From contig JBLDXI010000003.1 in the NCBI GenBank assembly GCA_047495785.1, forward strand, positions 1,550,001 to 1,614,000: a stretch of DNA of 64,000 nucleotides. Direction: 5' to 3'. This stretch comes from Lepidodermella squamata. Taxonomy: Eukaryota; Animalia; Gastrotricha. Positions 12,223 to 23,561 of the stretch are shown in pieces. Under the pieces are notes generated by a model, which worked only from the letters and a program-made list of their open reading frames with translations, did not search any database and had not been told where the DNA came from. The position numbers and the translations under genes were made by a program. Within the stretch, counting starts at the first letter, position 1. Every line of letters starts with the position of its first letter.

Positions 12223-12428
12223 ATCATGTCGCGACTTCCGCGCCAGAACAGTGTGCCGGAAATAGAAACAAATGGCGTAAAACTAACTTTTTGCATCTTC
12301 GCCAAGTCAGTCGCGTGCCTGATCGCTGGAAAACAAGTTGAACGCCAGTTTTTTCTGCGCATCAAATGCATTACGCCATTTGTTTCTATTTCCGGCTCAC
12401 TGTTCTGGCGCGGAAGTCGCGATGTGAT
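12223..12428. mobile_element. Palindromic MITE (second copy 33423-33630)
   Basis: About 55-bp TIRs beginning TCGCGACTTCCGCGCCAGAACAGTG; the same internal sequence recurs at 33.4-33.6 kb. Confidence 0.75.
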
Positions 12429-13079
12429 CCAAGTGCTAAATGTCGAAAGGCGAATTGCGCAATAGTATGAGTATCATGAGTATCATTTAGGAGTATCATA
12501 CATACGCTGATTATCAGCGTGAAAAACGGTTTTCTGAGCGAGCTGAAAACGAATATCTATCACAATAGCATCAGCATAATGTTGGTTGTTATCCGCGGCG
12601 TCAAAAATCATCAACTCCGCATAATGTGTACAATTTATTGCTAGAATTATGACCTGTCAAAATGAACTGATACTATGCTTAATTCCAAGATTACAATTAC
12701 AGCAAGTTTTATTCGAAGCTTCAGAACGTCAAATGACCAGGAATGGTCACTTTTCCACAGCTATATTGTTAGCATCTTTGAATAACTCAAAGTTGAGTTT
12801 TAATGAGTTGGCTTCAACCTTACATGAGCAATTTCAAATTCGATTTATTTAACGACGCAACTATATGTATATAGGTAATAGGGATGTTAGAAATGCATAA
12901 ATCAGCATAATCTCTAGTATATCACATTGGTATTATATTCGTATATAGACACAAAGTTGCTCTCTTGTCAAATGCAAGATAATATGATTGCCAAATATTT
13001 AAGCTGTTATTTGTCATCTCAAATGGCCACGGTAATAATAATAAGTAAGTGTGTATACTAGCATGCCGCCAAATGAAGT

Positions 13080-16000
13080 CTATGACTTGTTTGAACAAAG
13101 CGCGGCATACCTATTCCCACACGCATCTGTAAAACCAGCGCCGCCCCTGATACTCACGCCTAGGAAAATGAGAATATAGAAATTGACGCAGACATTTATT
13201 GGGAGCCTTACAGTTTTTACTAACGTCTTCGCTCGGCTCGCCTTGGGACCAAGCTACAACTGATTTATCCCTCGGTATTCCGTCGCCATTAAGCCAGACC
13301 CATGAGTAGGGAGGATGTTGCGCGCCGATATAGATACGGCTAACCGACTTCTGCTTCATCGCCGCTATTGCTTGAGCATACTTTTCTGGTAAACCTAGGT
13401 ACAGCATCGTCGAGCCGTCTTCGAGCACTGCGCAAGCCCCTTTGTTGTCAGCCCAATAATTCAACGCCTCGATCGGAAATGGAAATGACATCGCCCTGTT
13501 CCAGGATAAATTAAGTTAAGCGTCATTGACAGGAAAAGAACAGTGACTCACGTTTTGGCAGGCATTCACTTTTATTACCGACCTTGCACAGGAAACCGTC
13601 TGAAAGCCGGACCAGGATTCACTATATACCAACGCGAGGCCTGTGATAATCATGAAATGGAGAAAGGAAGAATGAGTGACATTTTCAAGAGCTTTACAAT
13701 AGCAGAATATAATAGGTATGTAGCCGGGTAACATTACTACTGGGTGAAATTGGATGTAGCGCTTACAGTCGCCACCGCTACCAGGTTCGCTTGGCAGCCA
13801 GCCAGGAGTTATCTGCGAGGCATTAGCATTGTCTGCCCAGTCCCAGACGAGCCGCGAATCGTCAAGCCACTGCCAATAGCGGGCGCCGCCGACCCACACA
13901 TTGGCGCCTTTAGCAGCAGCCACAGCAGCTGAAAATTCGTCCGATGTCTTTATCACCGCTAGCTCGGCCCCAAGGTTCCGGCAAGCTCGAAAGGATTCAG
14001 CAAATGTCAGAGCAGTTCCAGCAGCGTCAGCCAGGAAAAACTTGGGAGATACCACTAAATGGGAAACATGTGTTTGTAAATCCTCATTATTGCAGACTCA
14101 CCGCTACAATCGGAGCCTTTGAATCCGCTAGGGCAGTTGCAAGCACTGCTATTTCCAACGATCACACACGAACCGCCATTCAGGCAATTCATTGTGCATA
14201 AAACTGGGAAGGAAAAACTTATGGATTATCGTAATTAAAAATAACATGGGCCGTTATAGCTGGTTCTTAAATTGGACTGTTTACCTATATAATCCATGAA
14301 AAACATACCGTTCTCGCATAACGTCCCATTAAAGCCGGAAAAGCAGTCGCAAGTTCTTGTAACAGGATTATAAATACCGTTTACACATTGGAGCTGTCAA
14401 CAAATTCGATCCAATCACAACGCCTTAACAATCATAGCTGGGCAAGGAAATTTACTTTCTGAGCCAAGTCAGTTAGACAGCTGGCGTAGTTGCTAGCAAA
14501 ATCACGAGACGCCGAATATACGAGAAGCTGTTAAAGCAGTTCAAAGTCAAAGCAAAATAGGGAAATCTTTAACTCACTTGTTGCGATCCTGCAGGGCATT
14601 GACTATAGCAGAGATCGAGATTACCTGTTCGGCACCAGGCAGCGTACTGAAAAAGTGAATACGATCAACCCCCGAAAATGCCATAATAGATTGCGTCACT
14701 TAAATCTGTAAACTGTCACCTAAAATGAAATCGTCACTTAATCCTTTAATACGCCACCCAAACACGCAAACTGTCGCCGAAATGCGAGTTGCGTATACAA
14801 TATGCGCAAACGTGTCACCTAAAATGGATTTTTCGATTTTCAAGCATAGATGACTATTAAAAGCCAATCAAGTACCTTTCAAATTGATAGCTTAGGTTGT
14901 TTCGGTGATTTTCAGTGCTATATACTTTTCACAAAATCGGAAAATATTTCACAGAAATTTCACGAAATCACCTTGGGCTGAGTATAGAAAAAATTAGGCA
15001 ACATTTTGAAAATTTTCACCTGCGGGTCTGATAATAAAAATAAGCTCAAGTTTCAACTTCTTAGTGACAGTTTCCAGATTTTCAAGGACAAATTTACGGA
15101 TTTGTGTCGTTTTCGATGTTAAGGCGGCAATTTACAGATATCAAAGACGTTTTGCAGATTTGAGAGGCGATTTGTGGATTAAGTCTGCAGAATGCGCGCT
15201 TATGTTTACATTGTGAGCTTTAAGTGGCTCATGCGCGGTTTCTGCGTGCGCTCGTCCACTTTCTAGATGACGGTTATTTACCTTTTAAGTGACACAAACA
15301 CAGCCACCCCCTGAAAACGGCTCATCCATTCATCAATTTCATGAAAATGTTGCCTTATAACTAGGTATCCAAATTCACGAAAAGTCCCGAACCTAAGATC
15401 GAAATTTATGAAAATAGAGAAAGACTTCTGATTTCGCCAGCAAATTCTAACATTCCAAGCATTAAAATCGGAATATTATGGTCGACAAATTCCGAATATT
15501 GCGTAATCAGATGCCGCTGAAGTACTAGGAATACCTATATACTAATCGATTGCGCGTCAATAAAATCCACTCACCCATAATAGGCAGTTGGCTTTGTTTC
15601 GGTAGACGCCAGAAGAAAACTCTCCGGTTTCATTGGCGATGCAGCGCGAAGTGCTCAAACGGCAGGCAGTGAATTGACGAGTGACAGCGTTGAAGCAGCG
15701 GACGTGCGGTTTCACAGTGGCAGCAAGTTCGCCTGAATCGGAAATACAACAAACGTGCCTGAGGATTGTGATTATGAACTTACTGCTGATACTTCCCAGG
15801 CATGCCTCAAGGCTCGGAATCCCAACCGATTTCGCGAACTGTGATCGAGATAGCAATTACGAATCGACGAATTATTATAACAGTTTCTACCGTATCACTT
15901 GGACAGGGAATGATGCTTGGAACGCAGGTAACAAATTTTAGAGCCGAGTTGAAACACGTGTCGAATGTTCCACTCTACATTGATGATCATTCTAACCAAT

Positions 16001-17828
16001 GCCTATAAATATTTCACGTTTTTATACCTGCAAGGCGTTGAAATCTGTAGTACAAATCGCTAAATTCGACTTGAACGGAATATAGCCATTGTAAGAGCTT
16101 CCTATCTGGAAAACAGTAACAAAAATTTAGAAGAATAATGAAGAATTAAAAATTTAAGAAAAACGTGGCTTTGGAGTATTCTTCGCATTCGGTTGCGAGA
16201 ATGAAATTTTCCAGAAATGAAGTTATCAGAAAAAATTACCAGTCTATGCCGTCCGGAAAATCACCAAAAGTTTATGTACGACCCGCGATTTATATATACA
16301 TATATTATATGTACGAGCAGAAGGACTCATTAAAACTTAGGGTCGTTATATTCATAAGAACGCATCTTTTAACATTCGTCCTTAAGTGGCTTTCCGGTTA
16401 CATAATATTCGAAATTCTTTGACCATAATATTCTGCTTTTAAAGCTGAGTAAGAATCATGTGTCACCCAGAAGACCCAGATGACTTGGACAAATTTGCCT
16501 GCTAAAACACGAAATTAGGGTTGGAAAGCTAAGGAAACCTGAAATGTCCCGTACCTTAGATCGAACTATATGAAAATAGTTAAAGAGCCAGTTCCATGTA
16601 ATAAGCTTTTCTAGGTAGTTTTATTGAGTTGTCAAAATTGCGATTGTGGAGGTACAATTTTGACAACTCAAAAAACTATACCTTGAAAAGCTTATTAGAA
16701 AAAAAGAAAAGAATATTTTCTTTCTTGAATGACTTCTTAATCGATTTTCAAATGGTACTTCGATGAAGCCTGTAGACAATTCTAGATTCTGGAATTTTTT
16801 TACAAAGTTGCATACCTTTCTGTTGTCAAAACTGTACCGCTCACCGGTAAAAAACGCGTAGTTATTTAAGCAGGAATATAACGACCTCAAATTTGATGGC
16901 AAAATCTGGAGTTTCTCCCTATTTTCATCAAGTTGGATCTAAGGTTCAGGACCTTTTAGGTTTCCTGAGCTTTCCAACCCTAATTTCATGTTTTTGCCAT
17001 CAAATTTGAAAAGTCCAAGTTATCTCAGCTTCCTGGGTGAGATATGATTCTTACTCAGTTTTAAAAGCTGAATATTATGGTCGAAAAATTTCGAATATTA
17101 CGTAAGCGGAAAGCCGCTTAAGTACGAATATCAAATAACGCGTACTTATTTAAGTACGAATATCAAAAAATGCGTACTTATTTAAGTATGAATATAAAAA
17201 AAACGCGTACTTATTTAAGCAGGAATATAACGACCCTAAAAATTAATACGTTACAAAAAATTAAAAAAAGGGTTGTGCAACTTGAAGGACATGCCGTATA
17301 AGAGCAGTTGATGAGATAATTCAGTGGATTCTGCTGATTTTAAAACTTGTTTAGAAAGTCGAAAAAGGTAAAATTGCATAAATAAATTTAGCCGATATTT
17401 TAAATGTTTTGTTATTAACTTTATGTAAATAACTAACCATGACTTCAGTATTTTTGCTGCATCCAGGTGAGCCCGGTCGACAAGTCGCTGCGTTGGTGTC
17501 ATATCTGTAGCACAATCTTGCAGTCTAGAAGGAAAGAAATCCAGCTTAAAGCCGAATTGAAATATGCAAATAGCCTACAGCCTTCAAACAGCTGCTTTGA
17601 TCAGAAATGCTGCTTCCAACCTGACCAAAATGAACAAAAAATGAAACATTCCAGCAATTTTTATGTATCAACTTGATATTCGCGTAGTTGCTGGCAGCCG
17701 CTCGGCAGTTCGCGGCAATTTATGAATGTGTCGTCGAATTGTGAGAAACAGCGAGCCCAGTCACCGCAAATAGGCACCCATTCGCTGGCCGATAAGAATA
17801 AAATCGCAATGACAAAGAAGTCTTGCAT
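13080..17828 (-). CDS. Secreted Cys-repeat / 2x EGF / 2x C-type lectin-domain protein, paralog A (about 15 exons; probable frameshift in the penultimate exon)
   Basis: Signal MQDFFVIAILFLSASE. Short exons give Cys-rich repeats (RCFSQFDDTFINC, TCFNSALKFVTC, RCFNAVTRQFTAC), EGF motifs (CDCFSGFNGTLCE, CLNGGSC..CNCPSGFKGSDC) and CTLD motifs (ACRNLGAELA, VWVG, WLPSEP). Exon structure matches paralog B. The phase-0 join near 13495 meets a stop unless one base is removed. Confidence 0.75.
16340..17236. mobile_element. Mutator-like foldback MITE in a lectin A intron
   Basis: Termini GGGTCGTTATATTC / GAATATAACGACCC with long imperfect arms. 9-bp TSD TAAAACTTA / TAAAAATTA. Three 32-bp tandem repeats at 17118-17219. 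Absent from the matching intron of paralog B. Confidence 0.75.
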
Positions 17829-17848
17829 TTTTCTGAGAACAAATAATA

Positions 17849-19241
17849 GGTTCGCCATACTTTTCTCAACCGTACTTTTCTCAACAGTGTATATCGTTCT
17901 CAACATGCAACTACTCAACCCGCATTTTTCTCAACATGCATCTGTTGTACGCCTATAAGGGATTTAAGCCTTTAGGGTATGAGCATTGTATATAACCAAA
18001 ATAATGGCCAAACCGTGAGGGTCACAGTCGATCATCATATATCAATCGATTGTTGTAATCAAGGGCTATCGATTGGTGCCAAATCGAATTCCGCGCGGAA
18101 CTTCTGGAAATATTATTTCTGCCTTCAAAGTTAAAAAAATGCAAAAAATTCGGTTTTTGAGGCCAAAACTTGACCCTGAATGTGCCACGTGGAATTCGAT
18201 TTGGCACCAATCGATAGCCCTTGATTACAGCAATCGATTGATATATGATAATCGATTGTGACCCTCACAGTTTGGCCGCTATGACAGTTTAAAATATCGC
18301 TTATCCCGTATAGGCATACCTAAGCCTATACCGTATAGCTTAGATCCTCTAAAGGCGTACAACACATATAAGACCCCGCCTTTCGGTCCCCTCTTCAGAG
18401 CACCTTTCACTGCGTGCGGTCCGCCACCTTCACAACACTACTCCCGTCTTTTCTGAGCGCTCTTATAATCCCACGGTGTCGGGTAACTTGGCCTTAAAAA
18501 CCAAAATAAGCCAAATATTTGATTATGAGTTGAGTAAAACGGAAAAGCAATAAACACCAAGTGGTCCAAGCAAATATGGCTTAGGGCTTAGGGGCTTAGG
18601 ATCGAAATTATTTGAAAAATTTACCTGTGAAATTCATGCGCATTTAAAATAATGCACCTATAATCGAAATATCGAATTCATTTCGGGGCAACAATTCTGG
18701 CGGAGGCTAGATTTTAATTCAGCATTCAACATGCAGACTATTTAACGCGACCCGAATGACGACAGGCTTAGACACATTTTAATTTTGGCACAAAAATTCC
18801 TAGAATAAGTACTCAGTCTTGGACATTACCGCGCGCAGTACAGAATTAAAGCGTTTCCTATATAAACTCCGATTTTTCAAGATTACAGAAAGGAAGTGCA
18901 CAAATTTTCTGATTTTTGCCAATTTTTCTTGTCACTTTTGACTAGCTGAGTACCCAAAAATTGTCAAATTGCGCAGTACAAAGTACAAAGTCAACAAAGT
19001 CAATAATAATTAACATTTTGAATTATTACCAGACTGTTTACCCTCTTAAGAAGGACAATCATGTCGATTGGGGTCCAATAGTAACAAGACTATTAGACTG
19101 GAGAGGCATTCGCATGCGCCCCCGCATCGCCGGGGCTCACGCTCGCGCGTAAAGTTGAGAAACACACCTGTTGTGTAAACAACACGTTGAGAAAACTACA
19201 TGATGTTGAGAAAAGTATGGTTGAGAAAAGGCGGCACTACC
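17849..19241. mobile_element. Non-autonomous TIR element (Merlin-like by GG termini and 8-bp TSD), inserted 20 bp upstream of the lectin A ATG
   Basis: TSD AAATAATA at 17841-17848 and 19242-19249. Subterminal TTTTCTCAAC repeats are inverted at the two ends. The empty site is visible in paralog B at about 55930-55945. Confidence 0.75.
17943..18364. mobile_element. Foldback MITE nested in the 17849-19241 element
   Basis: Outer IR TGTTGTACGCC / GGCGTACAACA and a near-perfect inner palindrome at 18006-18277. Confidence 0.7.
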
Positions 19242-19249
19242 AAATAATA

Positions 19250-19624
19250 AATAATTTTTCATGTTTTGAAAAACGCCCAGGAAGAACGAGATCACCGACA
19301 GCGTCACATGGCCGAACAATTTTCACACGCACGTGTTTATTGGATGTTTTTCTCGAATTTTATTTTACACACGCTTCCAAATCCGATAAACAACCCCATA
19401 CTCGTCACGTGCTATTTTTCGAGTTACTGCGTGCTCGAAAATCAAATCGCCGGTTGCTTAACGGACTTGGAAGCGTGTGTAAAATAAAATTCGAGAAAAA
19501 CATCCCATACTAACCACGTGCGTGTGAAAATTGTTCGGCCATGTGACGCTGTCGGTGATCTCGTTCTTCCTGGACGTTTTTCAAAATATGCCAAATTATT
19601 TATTATTTGTTCTCAGCAAAATGC
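19250..19624. repeat. Long palindrome upstream of lectin A; the left arm continues at 17824-17848 and includes the ATG
   Basis: Arms of about 165 bp are nearly perfect and surround a spacer of about 70 bp; several CACGTG motifs. Confidence 0.8.
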
Positions 19625-20035
19625 GATATTGTTGAATCGTGGCAAAGTCAAGACAATTGCAATCAAAATTTGACTTGCGAAATAAAACGAAATTTTTTTT
19701 TTTTAAACCTTCGATAAAATTTGGCTTTCGTCCTAAAAAGAGGAACAATAATTGCCAAAGCTTCGCCCGAGCAATCTGGATCGGGAGGTGAATTTTGGGG
19801 AATATAGGGAGAATGTAGGAGCACACCTTGAGTTTCTTTTTAAATAGGCGAAGGAACTTGGACACATTTCCCAAATTTGCGGAATTTTCCATGAAACGAC
19901 ATTTACGACCTACGACCTATTGAAAGTCAGTCGAATCGATCGAAATAGCCCTATCCGTCCAGACCTGCACATGCGAAGTGTATAATTTTTGTGTTTCAAA
20001 GCTGTCGCGCTGAAAAGCTGAATTACTGCATGATC

Positions 20036-20486
20036 TGAATTTTGAGTTTTGTTTGAGTTTAGACTGACTGTTTGTGGGTGATACCAGTGAGAAAGGATCT
20101 CAGGGATCTGCAAAAAAGCATTATTTAAAAATGACGAAATTTTTGGCATTTCCTCCAAATCTTAATCCAGCCATCTTAATAATCGAATATTGTATAATAT
20201 GAACAAGGGACTGACAGCAATAGCGACTACAGCTCGACGGACATATCCATTGTTTACAGTTTATTCTCCTAAAAATTATGACCTGTCAAAATGAACTAAT
20301 GTGGAAAATATTTCCGCTGCTTATTTATATCTGTAATATCTGTAATATTTCCGGCAAGTTACAAAATCATGCGATGGATGCAGATGCAGATATTATTTAG
20401 CCATCGTTATCCTGCTTAATCACGCCTAAATGAGAGTCCCTAAAACGAGATTTACCCCGCAGCCTACGAATTTTTTGCCTCACGTT
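20036..20486. repeat. Duplicated non-coding block (second copy about 47506-47938)
   Basis: Collinear matches such as GGACATATCCATTGTTTACAGTTT, AAAATTATGACCTGTCAAAATGAACTAAT and GCAGCCTACGAATTTTTT. Confidence 0.75.
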
Positions 20487-21330
20487 TAAACGCTAGCTAA
20501 AGCTACACATAATGGGGCGTATGTTGGAACCTTCCTTATGTTGGATTAAGGTTCAAGTTTCAAGTTTTCCTCTCATTTTCAAAGCAACCATTGTTGCGTA
20601 TTGGGACTGACCATTGTTCGCGTATATAAAACGGAGCAATAGAAAAAAATTCCTATGTTCGATTGAAAAACCTAGGTGCAAAAGAGAGGAAATTTTCAGG
20701 TTTAGAAGGTTTATCCGCTAAACCTGGTTTAAACCAAGAATATTGCAAACCATGTACGAGGAGGTTTACAAAAAAACGGGTATTACGGCCCAACCGGCGG
20801 ATGGCGCGCCTTGTGGAGCCATTGCTCGATGGCGCGGTATTCAAAATTTCGAAAGTTAAAAATTATTATATTATATTATTATTCATTCAATAATATCTAC
20901 ATTTTCAGCTGCTATATTACTCGCACAATTACTCGACGGTCCCGCCCAATTGGTTTGCGATCGGTCTAAGAGAAAAGTTTTCTGCGTTGAATTTATAGCA
21001 AAAAAAGTATGAAGTATTCAATCGCTAATTTCATTTATAATCGGCGAACGCTCGGGTACGCTTATTATTATTAATTTTTCCACGCTCAGGACCGTTGGCA
21101 AATTAATATTTTCAGGCATTGAATATTATATATTACTGTCCCCAATCCGCCCCCACGCCAAATAATAAATAAACTTAAATTGCCCTAGTTTATTTTGTTA
21201 CGATTACGTCATTTGAGGTGAAGTGAGAAATGAGGTCATAATCGTGTTGTGATTTTTCAGAATTTTAGAGACAAAAATTCGGGTTGCCCCCACTTGCCCC
21301 CAAATGATAAAGCGTTGAAAATTCAGTAAT

Positions 21331-21398
21331 AAATGCGCAAGTGATAAAAATGTGATGCGCAAGTGGCAGATGCGCAAGCGGGAAATGCGCAAGTGGGG
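21331..21398. repeat. Short tandem array of ATGCGCAAG(T/C)G
   Basis: Four copies at 15-23 bp spacing. Confidence 0.6.
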
Positions 21399-22738
21399 GT
21401 AATCACAAAAATTCGTAATCATAATGGAAGCTATCAGGTGGATTTTCCTTGGGTTTTCAGCCGAGTTGATCGATCAGGCGAAAGCGCTGGATTTCGCCAT
21501 GATGCAACGGTATTTACTAATATCGAACTGAATACGATTAGGTATACTGATTACCTTCAAGGCACAAAATTTGTCGACTGGCTGCAGATTAGTTGCAGAT
21601 TTCATGAATTTTTTGCCATTTTCGGAATGTCCAACTTCATTTTTTGATGAGAGTAATGTAAAAAAATTCAAAATTCAACAGAAGCTAAATTCACCTGAAC
21701 AATAATGGTCAGGTATTGACCATGAATTCTCCTTGTTACCCAGCTAAATGGCAAATTCAGAGATAACTTTTGCCAATTCTGGAAAACTCAACTGCAAAAA
21801 CCCAATTTGCATTTTGCGGAACTTGAATCGGAATTTCTAATAATTGCAGACATCGTTTGATTCGTAAAGTGAAGTGATAAAATTTAAAATAAAAAAACTC
21901 TATTGTTTGTCACTGAATCTGTCACTGAATTTAACACTAATCTAAAATTCCAAAGCTGGAGGCACCTGACACAGAAATTAGGGTGTTCGAAAAATCTGCT
22001 GAAATCAGCTGGGCGGATAGGACGATTTCGGCCAGTTTTTGTGCAGCATTAACGGTGATAGATAGAGATAAACGGGTTTCAAAATCGTGATCAGGGCCCT
22101 TTAAAACCCCTAGAACTGCCGTCAAATATTTTTCTCCCGCAGATAAATAATTCCGCCATGAAAGGGTTAAAGACCGGGTCTGGCTCCCGACCCAGTGCTT
22201 TTATCGAGGGAGCACTGTATAAAGCTTTTTCACAGGGGGATGCAATTGAACCTCAAATCCTGTAAAATGCCATTTTTCATAAATGAGAATTTTTGCAAAA
22301 TTCGTGGACAGCATTTTCGTCGACAATTTTCTCTCTCGAATCCCATTCTAGCGGAAATTTGAGGAAGGTTTACCCCAGCCTAGATCTATCGACTGTCGAA
22401 AACCGCATAGAAAAGTTCCTCATGGTTACGAAGTTATCGAGGCAAATAAATGATTGCGCATACTTTAGCCTAGTGACGAGAAACGTTCGGGCAAATATCA
22501 GCATTAGTAGTGGACCTGACATTGATTCAGCGAACAATTTTGTTCAAGAATATAGTCTTTATGCGGAATTTATTTGGGCAATTATTCGGAACCATGTCGA
22601 TATAGCAAAAAGCATTATTCACTATGGGTAAGTTTTTGTAAATGATTCCCGCCCAAAATGAAGTAAAGTTATTCCCAACCTACCACAGGGGGTCGGAGAG
22701 AGTTTTTGACATTTATCCTAGTTATAAACTTTATATCC

Positions 22739-22792
22739 GGCTCATCTCGTCTCGTAAACAGAAGATCGCGGGTTCAACTCCCGCCTGGGCCT
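22739..22792 (+). pseudogene. tRNA-Thr(CGT) pseudogene, D-arm deleted (cluster 1)
   Basis: 3' half matches the intact Thr gene at 42027; the 5' half is collapsed. Confidence 0.8.
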
Positions 22793-22883
22793 AGCGATGA
22801 TGATTCACTTTTGAACGCAACGGAACTATTATCGCTGTTAGATTTGAAAAAATGGAATTATTTTCTGAAATAAAAACATAGCT

Positions 22884-22954
22884 TGCATCGGCCGGGAATC
22901 GAACCCGGGCCTCCCGCGTGGCAGGCGAGAATTCTACCACTGAACCACCGATGC
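22884..22954 (-). tRNA. tRNA-Gly(GCC), cluster 1
   Basis: Canonical eukaryotic GCATCGGTGGTTCAGTGGTAGAATTCTCGCCTGCCACGCGGG...TGCA, 71 nt. Confidence 0.95.
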
Positions 22955-23160
22955 CTTGCTTGAAGATGAGGCCGGCTTTAAGGCATAATAGGCTAACTTT
23001 GATAATGACAACAGGCCATTGAGCATACTCATCAACACATGCTGTTGGTGTGAAAACGGAGATCTGGAGATAACAAGGCTATGAAGTCACGGCCTACTGT
23101 TGTCAGAGTTTGAATAGAGTAACCACAAAGGTATGAACTGGCAACCTTAACCTCATCACA

Positions 23161-23232
23161 GGTTCCATGGTGTAGCGGTTAGCACTCTGGACTCTGAATC
23201 CAGCGACTCGAGTTCGATTCTCGATGGGACCT
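23161..23232 (+). tRNA. tRNA-Gln(CTG), cluster 1
   Basis: Full cloverleaf GGTTCCA..CTGGA CT CTG AA TCCAG..TGGGACCT followed by a T run. Confidence 0.95.
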
Positions 23233-23484
23233 TGACTTCTTTTTCTATTCGAATAATATTGACCCGCATTTTTATTTTTTATTTCTGATTAGCAAGATTT
23301 TGTATTTTGTGAAGAATTATTCGAACTTCAACACATCTCGGCCAGTTGAATTGCCTTTCTGAAGCGCGGATTTTTAAATCCCTGCATGTCGCCTCCTAAT
23401 TATTATTTAGCTTGACATCAGTAATTTGGTACCAACTACCACAAAGAACTAATTGAACTGCGCGATATGCAATGAATCTTCGGG

Positions 23485-23492
23485 TATATAAA
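23485..23492 (+). promoter_or_regulatory. TATA box in the conserved promoter of the basic protein gene
   Basis: TATATAAA lies inside a block of about 70 bp conserved upstream of copy 3 (50490-50497, minus strand) and degenerate in pseudogene copy 4. Confidence 0.6.
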
Positions 23493-23561
23493 TTGTGGGT
23501 ATAAGGCCGATGAAACCATTTCTTTTATTTATCAATATTGCAAATTGATCAATTGACCAAA

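Noticed and set aside
12024-12465. ORFs of about 105 aa recurring at 33459
   Set aside because: The similarity comes from a shared non-coding MITE
14690-15295. Possible foldback element with AAACTGTCACCTAAA subrepeats in a lectin A intron
   Set aside because: Ends and TSD could not be defined by eye, so it is not listed as a feature
17118-17219. CRISPR-like 32-bp repeats
   Set aside because: Head-to-tail repeats without unique spacers inside a MITE arm; no cas genes; eukaryotic DNA
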